This document shows positions 46,633-60,290 of a stretch of DNA of 64,000 nt, in pieces; positions within the stretch are counted from its first letter, which is position 1, and each line of letters opens with the position of its first letter. A model generated the notes under the pieces. That model did no database searches. It was not told where the DNA came from and saw only the letters and a program-made list of their open reading frames with translations. The stretch lies in the NCBI RefSeq assembly GCF_009914755.1, contig NC_060929.1; one strand, 5' to 3'. This DNA comes from the human T2T-CHM13v2.0 reference genome, Homo sapiens. A program made the position numbers and the translations under genes.

Positions 46633-47622
46633 ACTTTGACACTTTTCATGAGCCCATTATTTTGCAGAATGTCTTTCAATTTGGATTTATCTGGTATTTT
46701 TCCACAATGAGATTGAGTTTATGTATTTTGGTGAGAATACTGCAGGCGTGATGTTGTGTCCCTCTCATTGCATAATACCAGTGCGTAAGAAGCCATACTA
46801 TATGACTTATTGCTGGTGATGTTTGGACAACTTTTTAACACTTCCTTTCCTATGAGTTTAATTTTTCTGCTTCTTGAAAATTCTACTACACAGAGTTATA
46901 CAGAATGCTCTTATACAACTTACAAAGTATACTTGGGGTTTCTGATTAGATCCTTTATATTTTACCTTTTACGCCATATTTGCTCAGACTTTGTGCTTTG
47001 GTGTTTTTCTGCCTGAGAGGCTCTGCCATGAACTAGCTGTTAACTCTAAGAGGTAAGGGTTAAGAGATGGTTAAGAGCTTAATCCTTAACCCTGGCAAAG
47101 TAACATAACTCTGCCCTCCCCTGCAAGCCTTAGTTTCTTCAATGAGAATAATAATACTTATCTTATGGCATCAGACTCAGTAATAAATGAGGTGACGTAT
47201 ATAAAATACCTTGCAAACTTCTTGGAATAACTATTTAATAAATGTTAGCTATATTTTATTAGTCCTAGTTTACTTTTACCATTATACCTAATACTTAAAA
47301 AATTATGTTAAGTTTATACATTTTTTCTGTGGTGTTAGGTTTATAGATAGATTTAAGGTCACACATTCTGTTATCAGGTTAGCCAATGTTAATATAATAT
47401 ATCCCAAGGACCTCGGTGCATTAGGAATTGCATCTTCATGCACCTAACCAAGACGTCCAGTTGTAGTGATTTTAAACAAATGTAGAGATTTATTCTCTTA
47501 CCTGAAGCACATCCAGGGGTGGGAAGTTGAGGGCAGGGATGATGACTTCCTAATGTCATCAGGAGTCCAAGCTGGTTCTGTTTTCCTGCTACTCTCAATC
47601 TTAGTGCATAAAATCCATTCTC

Positions 47623-47944
<322 letters not shown>

Positions 47945-48399
47945 ATTCTCAAGATCAAAGATGGTGGCTAGAGCTCCAGGGATCGTGTGTTAATTCTAGG
48001 CAAGACAAAGAGACAACACAACAGGTAAAAAGAGACCCTCCTGGTTGACATGGTTCTCTGTGAAAGGCTTTCCTGGAAGCCCCACTCATTAACTTCTGCT
48101 TACATTTCACTGACTAGCTCTAGTGACAGGGGATATCAGGGAATGTGTGCTTTTAATTGGACTCACTGCTATCCTACATCAATTTAGGAATCTGTTACTG
48201 AGGAAGAAGAGAGCATGGATGTAGGAAGGCAACTGTCCATCTTCCACAGACTCTGAAGCACCCTTTTCCTTGGGGTAGAAGCAGTCAACAGAATCACATG
48301 GTGGGCAGAGTGACCTAGACCAAGGTTCTGCTATACATCAGTAGTAAAGGGCCTTGTTTGAAACTTTGTGCCCTAATAATCAGATATATATGTTCATGA

Positions 48400-48807
<408 letters not shown>

Positions 48808-50320
48808 AAGGCATCTAATTTTAGTCACTACTTACTTGATGTTGGATTGAAAAAAAAACATATTGATAGTGCGTCCATTATTACTAATTACTAGATTGTT
48901 TGGTCTTGGTGAGCACTCAAAAAAAGATTCTCAGATTTGCCCAAATTATGTGATTACAGGAGTTCAATGGGTAACATATTATGGGATAATTCAAGTGATT
49001 GAAAATAAGACTTAAAACATAGGTTTAAAAAAGTCTAGAAAGAAGATAATATATATTGCCCCATAGAGTTTTTAAAGGCACCGATTGACATTTTTGTCCA
49101 TTGGCATTACCTACTTAGAAGGTGAGTTAGGTGGTAACTTATCTGGGCGATCCTGTCTAGAACTGCTATTATTGTAGAGCTTCCCTATCTTCCTGAGAAC
49201 TCAGAGAGCACTAATTAAGATGAGAACAGAAGTATAGTAGAGATTGGTGATGGGCAAAAATTAAATTATTTGACTGGCTAAAAATGGAAAAATAACAGAA
49301 AAACCAGGGAGAGATTAGAATTATGTTTTGCCATAAAAGTGATACATGTACATTAAAGTCAATTTGGAACATAGAAAAAAGAAAAAGAATTCTCACATAA
49401 TTCATCAATCATAACAGCTGCTAAACAGCTTTTGGCACTTCCCCTTTTGATATTTTTTCCTCTTCTACATTTGTTTTTAACGTTTTTGTCAATCACCGCA
49501 TATGCAGTTTTAAATCTTAGAACACCCAAACTCTGATGAAATGAATGTAGGTTAGGTGGGGTGTTGGTATCTGGAGTCTGGCTTGCATTTGGATATTGTT
49601 CCTATCATTTATTAGCTAAACGACTTGGGGCATGTTAATCTCCTTGAGCCTCAATTTCCTCATCTGTAAAATAGGGATTATACTTAAATCTTTTTCAAAG
49701 AGTTGTTAGGAGAATTAAAGAAAGAAATACTGCAGGTCGAACAGCCATATGGAGCTGTGCACAGTGGTATCCCCCATTAAGGGGTGCTGTTATTAACAAT
49801 GGGTGTAATTGGACCAGCCTAGCCATGGCAAGCATGTGACAGTGGGTCGTTTGGAGAGGGTGGGGGTAAGCCAAGGAAGGCAGATATTTTCTCTCCTTAA
49901 ATGACCACCAGAGCTGAAGAGCCACAGTACTGTGGGGCCAGGCCAGGTGAATGCTTAGCATTCATTTTTTGGACACATTCTGTGATGTCTCAGCCACTCA
50001 TTCAGGTGATATATATTGAAAATTTACTATGTGCTAGGTCCTTGGTAAGTACTGGGAACTACAGGATGGCACAGTTACCCCAACATGGGTACCCCTTATT
50101 GGCTGCAGCTCTTCACCACAGGATCGCTGGGCACAGGGCTTGGTGCTGAGCAGACTACCTTCCTCTTTCATAAATATTCTGTACCCAGTGCAAGCTTGGG
50201 TGTTCAATACAGCATTAGAATCCACCACTCCCCTGCAAGTGCTTTCCTCAAGGTCACCAGTGAGCTTCTCATTACCAAATCCATTAGCCTTACCTAAGAC
50301 CATGCTTCATGCCTCCAAAG

Positions 50321-50513
50321 CTGTGCCACCCAATGGAACTTTCTGCAATGATGGCTATGTTCTAGTCTGTGCAGCCCAATGTGGTAGCCACTAGCCACAT
50401 GTGGCATTGAGCACTTTAAATATGACAAGTGTGACTGAAGAGCTGAATTTTTAATTTTAATTACATTTAAATAGTCACACATGTGGCTAGTGGCTCCTCT
50501 GTGAGACAGCACC
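50321..50513. mobile_element. MER3 (hAT-Charlie MITE) within an L2 remnant
   Basis: ggaactttctgcaatgatgg...gtagccactagccacatgtgg...catgtggctagtggc internal palindromes. Confidence 0.8.
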
Positions 50514-51565
50514 GCTCTAGAGCATTCGATCTTGTTGCCATCCATCCCTTTCTGGTAACCCTGTGCTCTTAGCTTTGGTGACACAGCATTCTTCTGGTTC
50601 TCTGTTAGCTCCTCTCTGTTTCCTCTTACTCCTCTTGCCCACTAAAAATAGCATCCCCCCAAAGTGTCTGTGCTCTGCCCTTCTCCCTCTGCTTTCTGCA
50701 CTGTATTTCATGTCTGGCGAGGCAGCCCCTGGTTTCTAATTTGGAGCCGTGTGGAAATGACACCCAGCACGGTCTCTAGTCCTCACTCCTCTTTTTGGCT
50801 TCGGAGTAGCATTTCCACCTCTAGCCTGGTGGTCACTTGGGCATTCTGCAGTCGCCTTGGATTTACCATACCCCTAACTGAAATAATCATTTCCATGTCC
50901 TTCTAACCCCTCCTCCTCCATCTGGCTCTGCTGCTTCTTTACTGTTAACCTGTTTTCCTTTTCTCTTTGGCGTCATCTGTGACATGCCTCCCTCTGTGTT
51001 GTCCCTCACTCCCTTACTGTTGTACAGTCTTGAGATTCCTCACGCACAGTGCTCTGCCTTTGTTCTCAAGGGCTCTATCTCTTTTTTTTATAATAAAAGT
51101 CAATGCTTATTGTTGAAAATTTACTATATTCAGAAAAATACCAAAAAAAAAAAAAAAGGAAAAGAAAACTTGCTCATAATTGTAACATCCCAAGAACCAT
51201 TTTTAGCTTTTTTGGTGTGACTTCCCACATATAACCTTCCCTAACCTCTTGCCTGGATTACTGCGGCTGTGAACGCTTGGTGTCTCCCCCACCCTAATCC
51301 ACTGCTATTTCCCAAGGCTGATTCTCATCATATCACTCTTCTGTTCTGCTCATAAATCTCTAGAGGCACCCAGTTGTCTACTGCATTAAGTTTGTCCCCA
51401 CTGATGGGGCGTCATGCCAAGCCGACCTCTGCTTTCCTAATGCTCAACAGCCCTGATATGGGAAATGTTACTGACACACCACAGTTAGAAATGCCCACAA
51501 AAGCAAGAAGTCGTAGTATCAGTTATGGTTGGGAATAGATACCTATTTAGCTTGGCTTAAATTTA

Positions 51566-51952
<387 letters not shown>

Positions 51953-53802
51953 TTAGATTGTGGTAGACAGATTTATTGTATTGGATTTTACTTCTTTGCA
52001 AATTAAAAAAAGTTTTTGTCCATTTCGGTCCGTGAGATAGTTGCAGTTTCTAGTCCTATGTGTGTTTTCTAATTACATAACATACAAGTCTGTAGAGTTA
52101 AGCATTTCCCTTCCCCTGGAGAGAACTTTTTTCCAGAGCTGAGAAACTCACACCCTCTTTGCCTAAGACATCACCTCTACTGAGTCTTGATACTTTGAGT
52201 CAATTAAAAATGAATCAATAACTATTTATTGCATGCCTGCAAGCAATGGGCTCCTCCATTGGACAAAGATGTCCTGAGCATTCTTAGAATTTGGGGTCTT
52301 CCTGGCAATGGACTTGGCCCCTTAACAAAGGCCATGCTGTATCTTGGTGATGGAGCATCCAGCTGGTTTTTGCCTGCCTGGTGGCTCACTGGCCCGAGCA
52401 GGGGTATGGCTCTGCTCACACTGTGGCCTCCTCAGTGTCTGGGAGGTTTCGTGGGAGAGGAGGAGGACTTTGTCAAGTTTTGCTCGGTGGCCTGAAATTT
52501 AATCTTATGCTCATTGAGCACAGATTTAGTTCCTAATGAATTCTGTCCTCAGCTGTGTCTTATTTGTCTTTTAACAGCTCCCTGGCACATGTAAGCAATT
52601 AATAAATGGTTGCTATTATTAGGATTATGATTATACAGATGCCTCTGCAAACATTTTCTTTGTCTCTGCCTTTTCTCGGGCTCTAGACTAAGTGCCCAGC
52701 TGCCTCCTGGCTGTCAGGCACATTTGCACCTTTGCCTGTGCTGTGATGTAGGCTCAGCCAAGCATGCCTTCCACCCTCCTCCCCTCCTATTAAAATCGTG
52801 TTCACACAGTTAGGACCTTTCTAATGCCTCTTCCTCACATGCAGCCTTCCCCGGGTTAGAGCTCATTGCATCTTCCTCTCTACTCTGTGTTGTTTCTTTG
52901 CACCCCCCATAGTAAGCTGTGGTCCTACCTGTGATAACTTCAACTGTTTACATGTCACACCCTCAGCCTCTCTCTTGAATGTGGTGGAGACTGTATTTAC
53001 AATGCTCACCCTGCCAATCTCAGGACCTTGCATAGTTCATAGATGTTTGTCTGATTCACACTGTCATAGAAATTCCAAAGCCACCAGGTCTTTGTTAAAC
53101 TTCTTCAGGAAGAGTAGAGTGAGTGCCACAAAGTCCTGGCCGTATATCCCAGAGACATTCTCACTGCTTAGCTGTTGGGTTCAAGGCCTCTACCAAGGAT
53201 GAGGGGGCTTGGGGTAAACAAATGACTTTGGCACTGGACTCCAGCAGGTGGAGTTCCTTGTATTTTCAGAGCTCTCCAGGAATCATAACAATACTTCGTA
53301 GAAAAAATAGCTCATTGTCAAAAGTTAGAGGTCCACCTTGCCTTTTGGGGCCCTGTAAGCCACGTTTTCTTGAAAATAAAATAACGAAGAGAAAAATAAT
53401 TATTCTTATTCATGTAATTTTTTGCTTTTGTAAAAGAGAGACCTGTGAAACACTGGGATACCTAGCTTCTCAATGCATCAGTTTTCTTATCTGTAAAATA
53501 AAGAGGCTCATAGTACCCATATCACGGGGTCTTCTGAGGAGTAAATGTTTTTACGCATATAAAGTGCTCAACAAATAGAGCTTTTATTATTATTATTATT
53601 ATAATATATGTGCTTAATAAATGTTAGCAATTTTTATCTCATTACCACTAATGCACTAATGGACATTGTCTAATAAATAATTTCTATGATGTTGCTAGCA
53701 TGAGAGAGACACAAATCTTTGAGTTCACCTAAGCTACTGTTCACCCTGAAAAGATTCAAGAAATATCAATAATCTCAAACTTTTATTTTAATAGCACTAA
53801 CT

Positions 53803-54038
53803 TTCTTTTTTTAAATTATACTTTAAGTTCTGGGATATATGTACAGAATGTGCAGGTTTGTTACATAGGTATACACATGCCATGGTGGTTTGCTGCACCC
53901 ATCAACCCGTCATCTACATTAGATATTTCTCCTAATGCTATCCCTTCCCCTGCCCCCCACCCCCTGATAGGCCCTGGTGTGTGATGTTCCCCTCCCTGTG
54001 TCTATGTGTTCTCATTGTTCAACTCCCACTTATGAGTA
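53803..54038 (-). mobile_element. Short L1PA 3' fragment
   Basis: L1PA 3'UTR; cactaact on both flanks. Confidence 0.9.
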
Positions 54039-54527
54039 ACATCACTAACTGTCTAATAGTTGTGCATATCCATTGTCATGCGTCACTGTGACCTGCCGTC
54101 CCACACACACATAACATCAGGTTTATTATACCACACTAGCCACTTGATTCACCTCCACAGTTGATTGTAGGTATTAAAAAAGAAGTATGAATGGCAAGGA
54201 ATAAAAACTGAGTTCTTTCTCTTACAGTGCTGCAATTTTGGGGGTGGGGCAGGGCTGAAAATTGCAGTTACATGGTTATTACAAGGCAATTACCTCAACA
54301 GTACTCTTCTTTCTCGCTCACATTTCAAAGGAACACATGTCCAAAGGGCCTTCTTCTCCTTTAATGGTCTTGACGTTGTCCCATCATACCTAAGTGCAAA
54401 ACTATGACAATACTTCTCTTCCTGGTTGCCAAAAGTAACATGCGGGGGCGCCTCACAGTTGTGAAGGGAGAATGGCCTCTTTATGGTGGCTGGCTTGGAA
54501 TTATAAATATTTTTATTTCTTCCATAG

Positions 54528-54694
54528 GAGATGGCTCATGGAAGAGAGGAGACAAACACGACTTTGAAGCTAAGCAAGCATACTCGTCCCTCCAGACAGT
54601 CACTCTACTGAGGACAGTGAAACCTGAGTTTGAGAAGTTTTCCATGGAGGTGAAAAGTTCAGTTGAGAAACAAGGGCTCAATATGGAGGATTAC
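54528..54694 (+). CDS. NPR3: NPR3 coding exon 3 ([56 protein letters not shown]); gene continues beyond the window
   Basis: Acceptor tttcttccatag|GAGAT and donor TAC|gtaagt; 167 nt, phase 1-0; cumulative 1059 nt. Confidence 0.97.
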
Positions 54695-55478
54695 GTAAGT
54701 GCCTGATTATGAGCCTAGACCTTTAGCATCCTGAAAACTGTCTTCTAATTAAATCAGAGATGACAGAGTGTCCCATTCTGAGCCATTCAAAAATTCCTAG
54801 GTTCAGGTCTGAATGTCACTGTTGCCTTCTGTGTGTGTGTGTGTGTGTTTTTTTTTTTTCCTTTCTGGGTGGTTTTCCTCCTTCCCTCCTCAGTATACCC
54901 ACTATCATCTCTACCCTTCACTTACACTTTTTCAGCTGCTGCAGGAAGGACAGACAATTGCTTTTTCATGGGCACTTGTGGTGGTGCTGAGTAGAATGTC
55001 TGTAGACTTCCATCACGTATTTGACTAAGAGGGTTTTGGGGGAGAAGGAGGATGAAGGGGTGCCAAAGATTTGCATGCCTAATTTTTTCAAAGCTTGGTG
55101 GCAGCTGATATTTGGGGTTTTAGGATACATTTTCTTTTGGCAGCCTGGCTTAGCGTTCTGGCTAGTCTGCTTGTGGATGGTGTTGTTGCCTCTTTCTGCT
55201 GTAAGTTGCTTCCTACTCACATATTGTAGGGCTTCACATTCCATTAGTGCTGTTGTTACTAGTGCATTTCAAGAGTGGACAAGAGTCAGAACCTCATTTC
55301 AGACTGAGGATTAAACAGAGGGATTCATCTAAGAGCTGGCACCGCAGGCAGCTGACCACACCTCATTTGGCATCATTGTTTTGACTGCCTCTGACATGCT
55401 TTGCTACATGGCCAACATGCCACTCCTGTAAATCCTTTCTTAGAACAGGATGAGTGATGGGCACCTTGGGCTAGTTGA

Positions 55479-55715
<237 letters not shown>

Positions 55716-56182
55716 AAGCACCTTCTTAATGATAGGCATATGGCCTGGATAGTCTCTGCCCAAGTTGGATAATGATCAACTTCATAAGAGATGGCCACTT
55801 CCAAACAGGATTTCTCCTAGTTTCTCTACTTGAGGTACCACAGAGTACTGGCATTGGCCTCAGAGCTGCCTTCTGAGTCTAGATCTAGCACTTCTGAGCT
55901 GTGGGATCTTGGAAAAATTGCTCAGTTTCCCCGATTCAAATTACTTTTTCCTGTTGGGAGGATTTTGGATTATTTACCTGAAGCATTTAACGCTATCCCT
56001 GTCAGAAAGTTAGAAAAAAATAAACTGTACCTCTTTTGTACCATTGTTGCAAGATTATACCTGTCTTTATAGGAATTTGTTATCAAATGACATACAAAGG
56101 TTCTTATAAACATTTTATTAATGTTTTAAATGTTACATATACTATATTCACATCATTTAAAATACCTTTTGACTTTTTAAAT

Positions 56183-56498
56183 CAGTGCTGTCTGGTAGTT
56201 ATACAATGTGACCCAAAAAAGTGAGCCACATATAGAATTTAAAATTTTCTAGTTGACATATTTGAAAAAGTGAAAAAAAAAACCCCAGGTGAAGTTAATT
56301 TTAATAATATATTCCAATTAACACAATATAAACATATTTCAACATTTAATCAATTAAAAATTATTAATGAGATTTTAATGTATTTCTTGTACTATGTCTT
56401 GGAAATCCAGTGTGATTTTACACTTACAGTGTGCAGAGGCCTTGTTCGAGTGCTCAATGGGCCACACATGACTAGTGGCTACCGTATTGGACAGCGTG
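56183..56498. mobile_element. MER33 (hAT MITE)
   Basis: Termini cagtgctgtc...ggacagcgtg; aaaattttctagt...ggtgaagttaattttaataatat core. Confidence 0.75.
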
Positions 56499-56800
56499 TT
56501 CTGAATTATGAAAGAAGTAGGGTTTCTGCAACAGAGCCTACGTTTAAGGAAACATGTGATAGTGTTGTCATCATCCAAATCCTTTGTCTCAGAAATATGA
56601 AAGAACACAAAGGGTACTGAACTTCCTTCAGTAGTGCTGCTAAATGTAGCCTGGGTCATTATTGAAAACATCAAACTCTTTTACATATGCCACTGTATAT
56701 TGTTTTACTTTATTAGGTTCATATTAATTTTATGGTTTAAAGACTCAACAGTGGTGCCATGTTGTCTGGTTTCCTCTCACTGGGCAAAAGTTAGTATCCC

Positions 56801-57090
56801 AGCCAGGAGTGGTGGCTGACGTCTGTAATCCCAGCACTTTGGGAGCCTGAGGCAGGCAATTGCTTGAGCTCAGGAGTTGAAGACCAGCTTGGGCAACATG
56901 GTAAAACCTCATCTCTACAAAAAATACAAAAATTAGCCAGGCATGGTGGCATGCACTTGTAGTCCCAGCTACTTGAGAAGCTGAGGTAGGAGGATCACCT
57001 GAACCCAGGGAGCTCAAGGCTGCAGTGATCCGTGATTGCACCACTGTGCTCCAGCCTGGGTGGCAGAGTAAGACCCTGTCTCAAAGAAAA
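56801..57090 (+). mobile_element. AluJ
   Basis: Dimeric Alu; TSD aaaagtt(a/g)g(t/c)atccca. Confidence 0.9.
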
Positions 57091-57429
57091 AGTTGGCATC
57101 CCACTACTGGGTAATTCTTCTTGATTATCTGTTATTCTGTGTTCATAATATTAAATCTTATTTTAATGGTAGTCTAAGCAAAATCTCACTGGAAAGGTAT
57201 ACCTACTACAAAGATTTATAGTACATTCCAAACCTGATAAGAGCACTTTAGAGATTATTTGCAGCCCTAGATTACCATACTGCTTCCCTCTGATGGTGGG
57301 CCTATTAAAACTGACTTTATAAATAAATAAAAATTAGAATTTTAAGTAGAAGTTAGAGCTAACTATAATAACTTATTTTAGTTCTGAAGATGTGTCCATC
57401 TTTTGTATGTATGTAGGTTTTAGTGGGGC

Positions 57430-57553
57430 TTTTTCTTTTTTTTTTTGAGATGAGGCCTCCCTGTGTTGCTCTGGCTGCTCCTGGGCTCAAGGGATCCTCC
57501 TGCCTTCGACTCTGGAGTAGGTGGGATTACAGGTGCACACCACCACGCCTGGC
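57430..57553 (-). mobile_element. Alu monomer (FLAM-like)
   Basis: Single arm with T tail. Confidence 0.7.
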
Positions 57554-58002
57554 TGAGTTGGGCTGTTGTGAACACCAGCTGCAGATGTTTATCAAGTTAG
57601 GTTAGACGAGTGATCCTGGTAAGTATCATGGGAAGGAACTATGGGAGCCAAAGAGCCAGCACCTGGTGTGGCTGGGTTCGCAGAGACTAGTCTTTGATCT
57701 AGTGTGGTGCGGGAGCCTGTAGGAGTCTGGGGTCTTCTCTCTAGACTCAGTCTTTTTGCTTCTCTTATTTGTGCTAATGAGTTGTCTCATCTGCTTACTT
57801 AGAACTCCAGTTCATGATGCCCATCATGAGCTCTTCGTTCTCTGCTATCCGTCTTGAATTCAGTGACTTTGGTGGACTCTCTCATTTGTTCTAAAATTTA
57901 CCATGCATTTTCCAAAGAATCACATGACCTAGGAATAGTGACAGTTTTGTTTCTTTTAAATTCTTCTACTTTTAAGTATGCTTAATTGAAAGTGTACTTA
58001 AG

Positions 58003-58130
58003 AAGCTGGGCACAGTGGTACACGCCTGTAATCCCAGGTACTTGGGAAGCTGAGGTGGGAGAATTGCTTAAGTCCAGGACTTTGAGCCCAGACTGGATAA
58101 CATATCAAGACCTCACCTCTAAAAAAATAA
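58003..58130 (+). mobile_element. Alu monomer (FLAM-like)
   Basis: Single left arm with A tail. Confidence 0.75.
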
Positions 58131-59531
58131 GTAAATAAGGTAATTTTTTAAAAATATAATTAAGTATATGTATGCTTAATTGAATTTTAGTATTAAATAT
58201 ATTGAATTAAAATTAAGTATAATTAATTAAATTAAAACTTTAAATGGCCTTGGGTGGGATCCCAATATGTATTAAACAGAAGCAGTGATAGTGGGCATCT
58301 TAACTTTAATGTAAAGAGCATATAACAGAATTCATATCTGTTCACATCACCACTTAAGCATGATGTTTGCTGTGGGGTTCGGGGGACACTCTTTATTAGA
58401 CTGTGGCAGTTCCCTTTTCTCTCTTGTTAGTGAAGTTTTTTTCTTTGGCAAAATTATTCCTTCTAATACGATAACTGAAACAAAAATAGCACATCAAGCA
58501 TCAAGGTTTGTATAATGTAGGTTAAGGAAAATCTTTGGACATAGATTTTTTTACTTTAGGCGTTATGTATTGTATGATACCACTGACTCTATTTCTTATA
58601 TGTTAGTATTGCATTCATCGTATTACCATGTTGTCAGCATCTTTAAAAAGGTTATGGTCTTCTGAAAATGAAAAATTTGAAACTTTAAAATATTTACAGA
58701 CTATACTGAAGCATTGAGAGGATAGAGTAACAATGATGTTTTTAGTAAAATTAATGTTTCATATTTATAATTTACCAAATTTTGATGGATTAATGCCATT
58801 TTGTTTTGGTAAAATTGATCTCTTCTCTCCTCTATCCATCTCTTGCCCTCTCTCTTTTTAATTGACTTTTTAGTAGAGGTAATTGCACACTTACATGCAG
58901 TTTTAAGATGCAATACAGAGAGATTCCTTGTATACGTTTCCCAGTTTCCCGCAATGGTAACATTTTGGAAAATTATAAGATCACAACTAGGATATTGACA
59001 CGGATGCAATGCAGTCATTATGCTCAGATTTCCCAGTTTTACCTATACTCTTTGTATGTGTGTGTGTGTGTGTATTAAGTTCTATGCAATTTTATTCTGT
59101 GTAGATTTGAGTGTTTGAATTTTATCAAATGCGTATTCTTACACATATTGTGATACTCAGTTTTTCTTTATTCTGTTATAAAGTTGTGATGTGAGTTGCA
59201 TTAGTAGATGTTTCTGATTGTAACCATTTCTGCACTCCTAGAATAACTCAGGACCATCTCAACCTCAAGACTGAATCGTTCTATTTCCCAGTTCATATTT
59301 TGGAGAATATACTTATGGTTGAACCTACACATGCCTGCCTAGGTGGAGATTTTCAGGCTGGGTTGTCTCAAATGCTATTAGCAGCCTGTAAATTAGCTTC
59401 CCTGAGTCCAGTGTTCACTCCTGTTTCCCTCAGCTTGGGTGCTACATGTGTGTGGTGTGATAGAAAATAGGGTTGTTTAGGGCTAGTCTATCACTGGGGC
59501 TGTAAGTGTTGCATATGCTATAATTGTCTAG

Positions 59532-59966
<435 letters not shown>

Positions 59967-59992
59967 TAATGAGGCTCAGTGACCACCACTGG

Positions 59993-60290
59993 AGGCAGTG
60001 CAGCCCAGTGGTTAAATACGCAGGCTTGGGATTTCATAGACCTGGCTGCCTCTTACAATTCTTATCTTGGGCACCTTTCTGAGACTTAGTTCGTTAGTTT
60101 ACTGGCTATTAAATGGGAATAACAATTTTTGACTGAAAAAGTTGTTCAAATAACTCAAGAATTGTATAAAAATAATATTCACCACAATGCCAGGCATTCA
60201 TTGGATGGTAAGCATTCATCGGTGCTTACCAATGATGAATACTTACCGTGATGAATACTTGGTAAGCATTCATCGGATGGTAGCTATCAT
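59993..60290. mobile_element. MIR carrying a complex internal rearrangement
   Basis: ggcagtgcagcccagtggttaa start, cttgggca...aaatgggaataacaat core, cacaatgccaggca...ggtagctat end. Confidence 0.7.

Noticed and set aside
54525-54530. Tandem acceptor TAGGAG at exon 3 (would delete one Gly)
   Set aside because: GAG is rarely used as an acceptor and the proximal TAG has a good pyrimidine tract.
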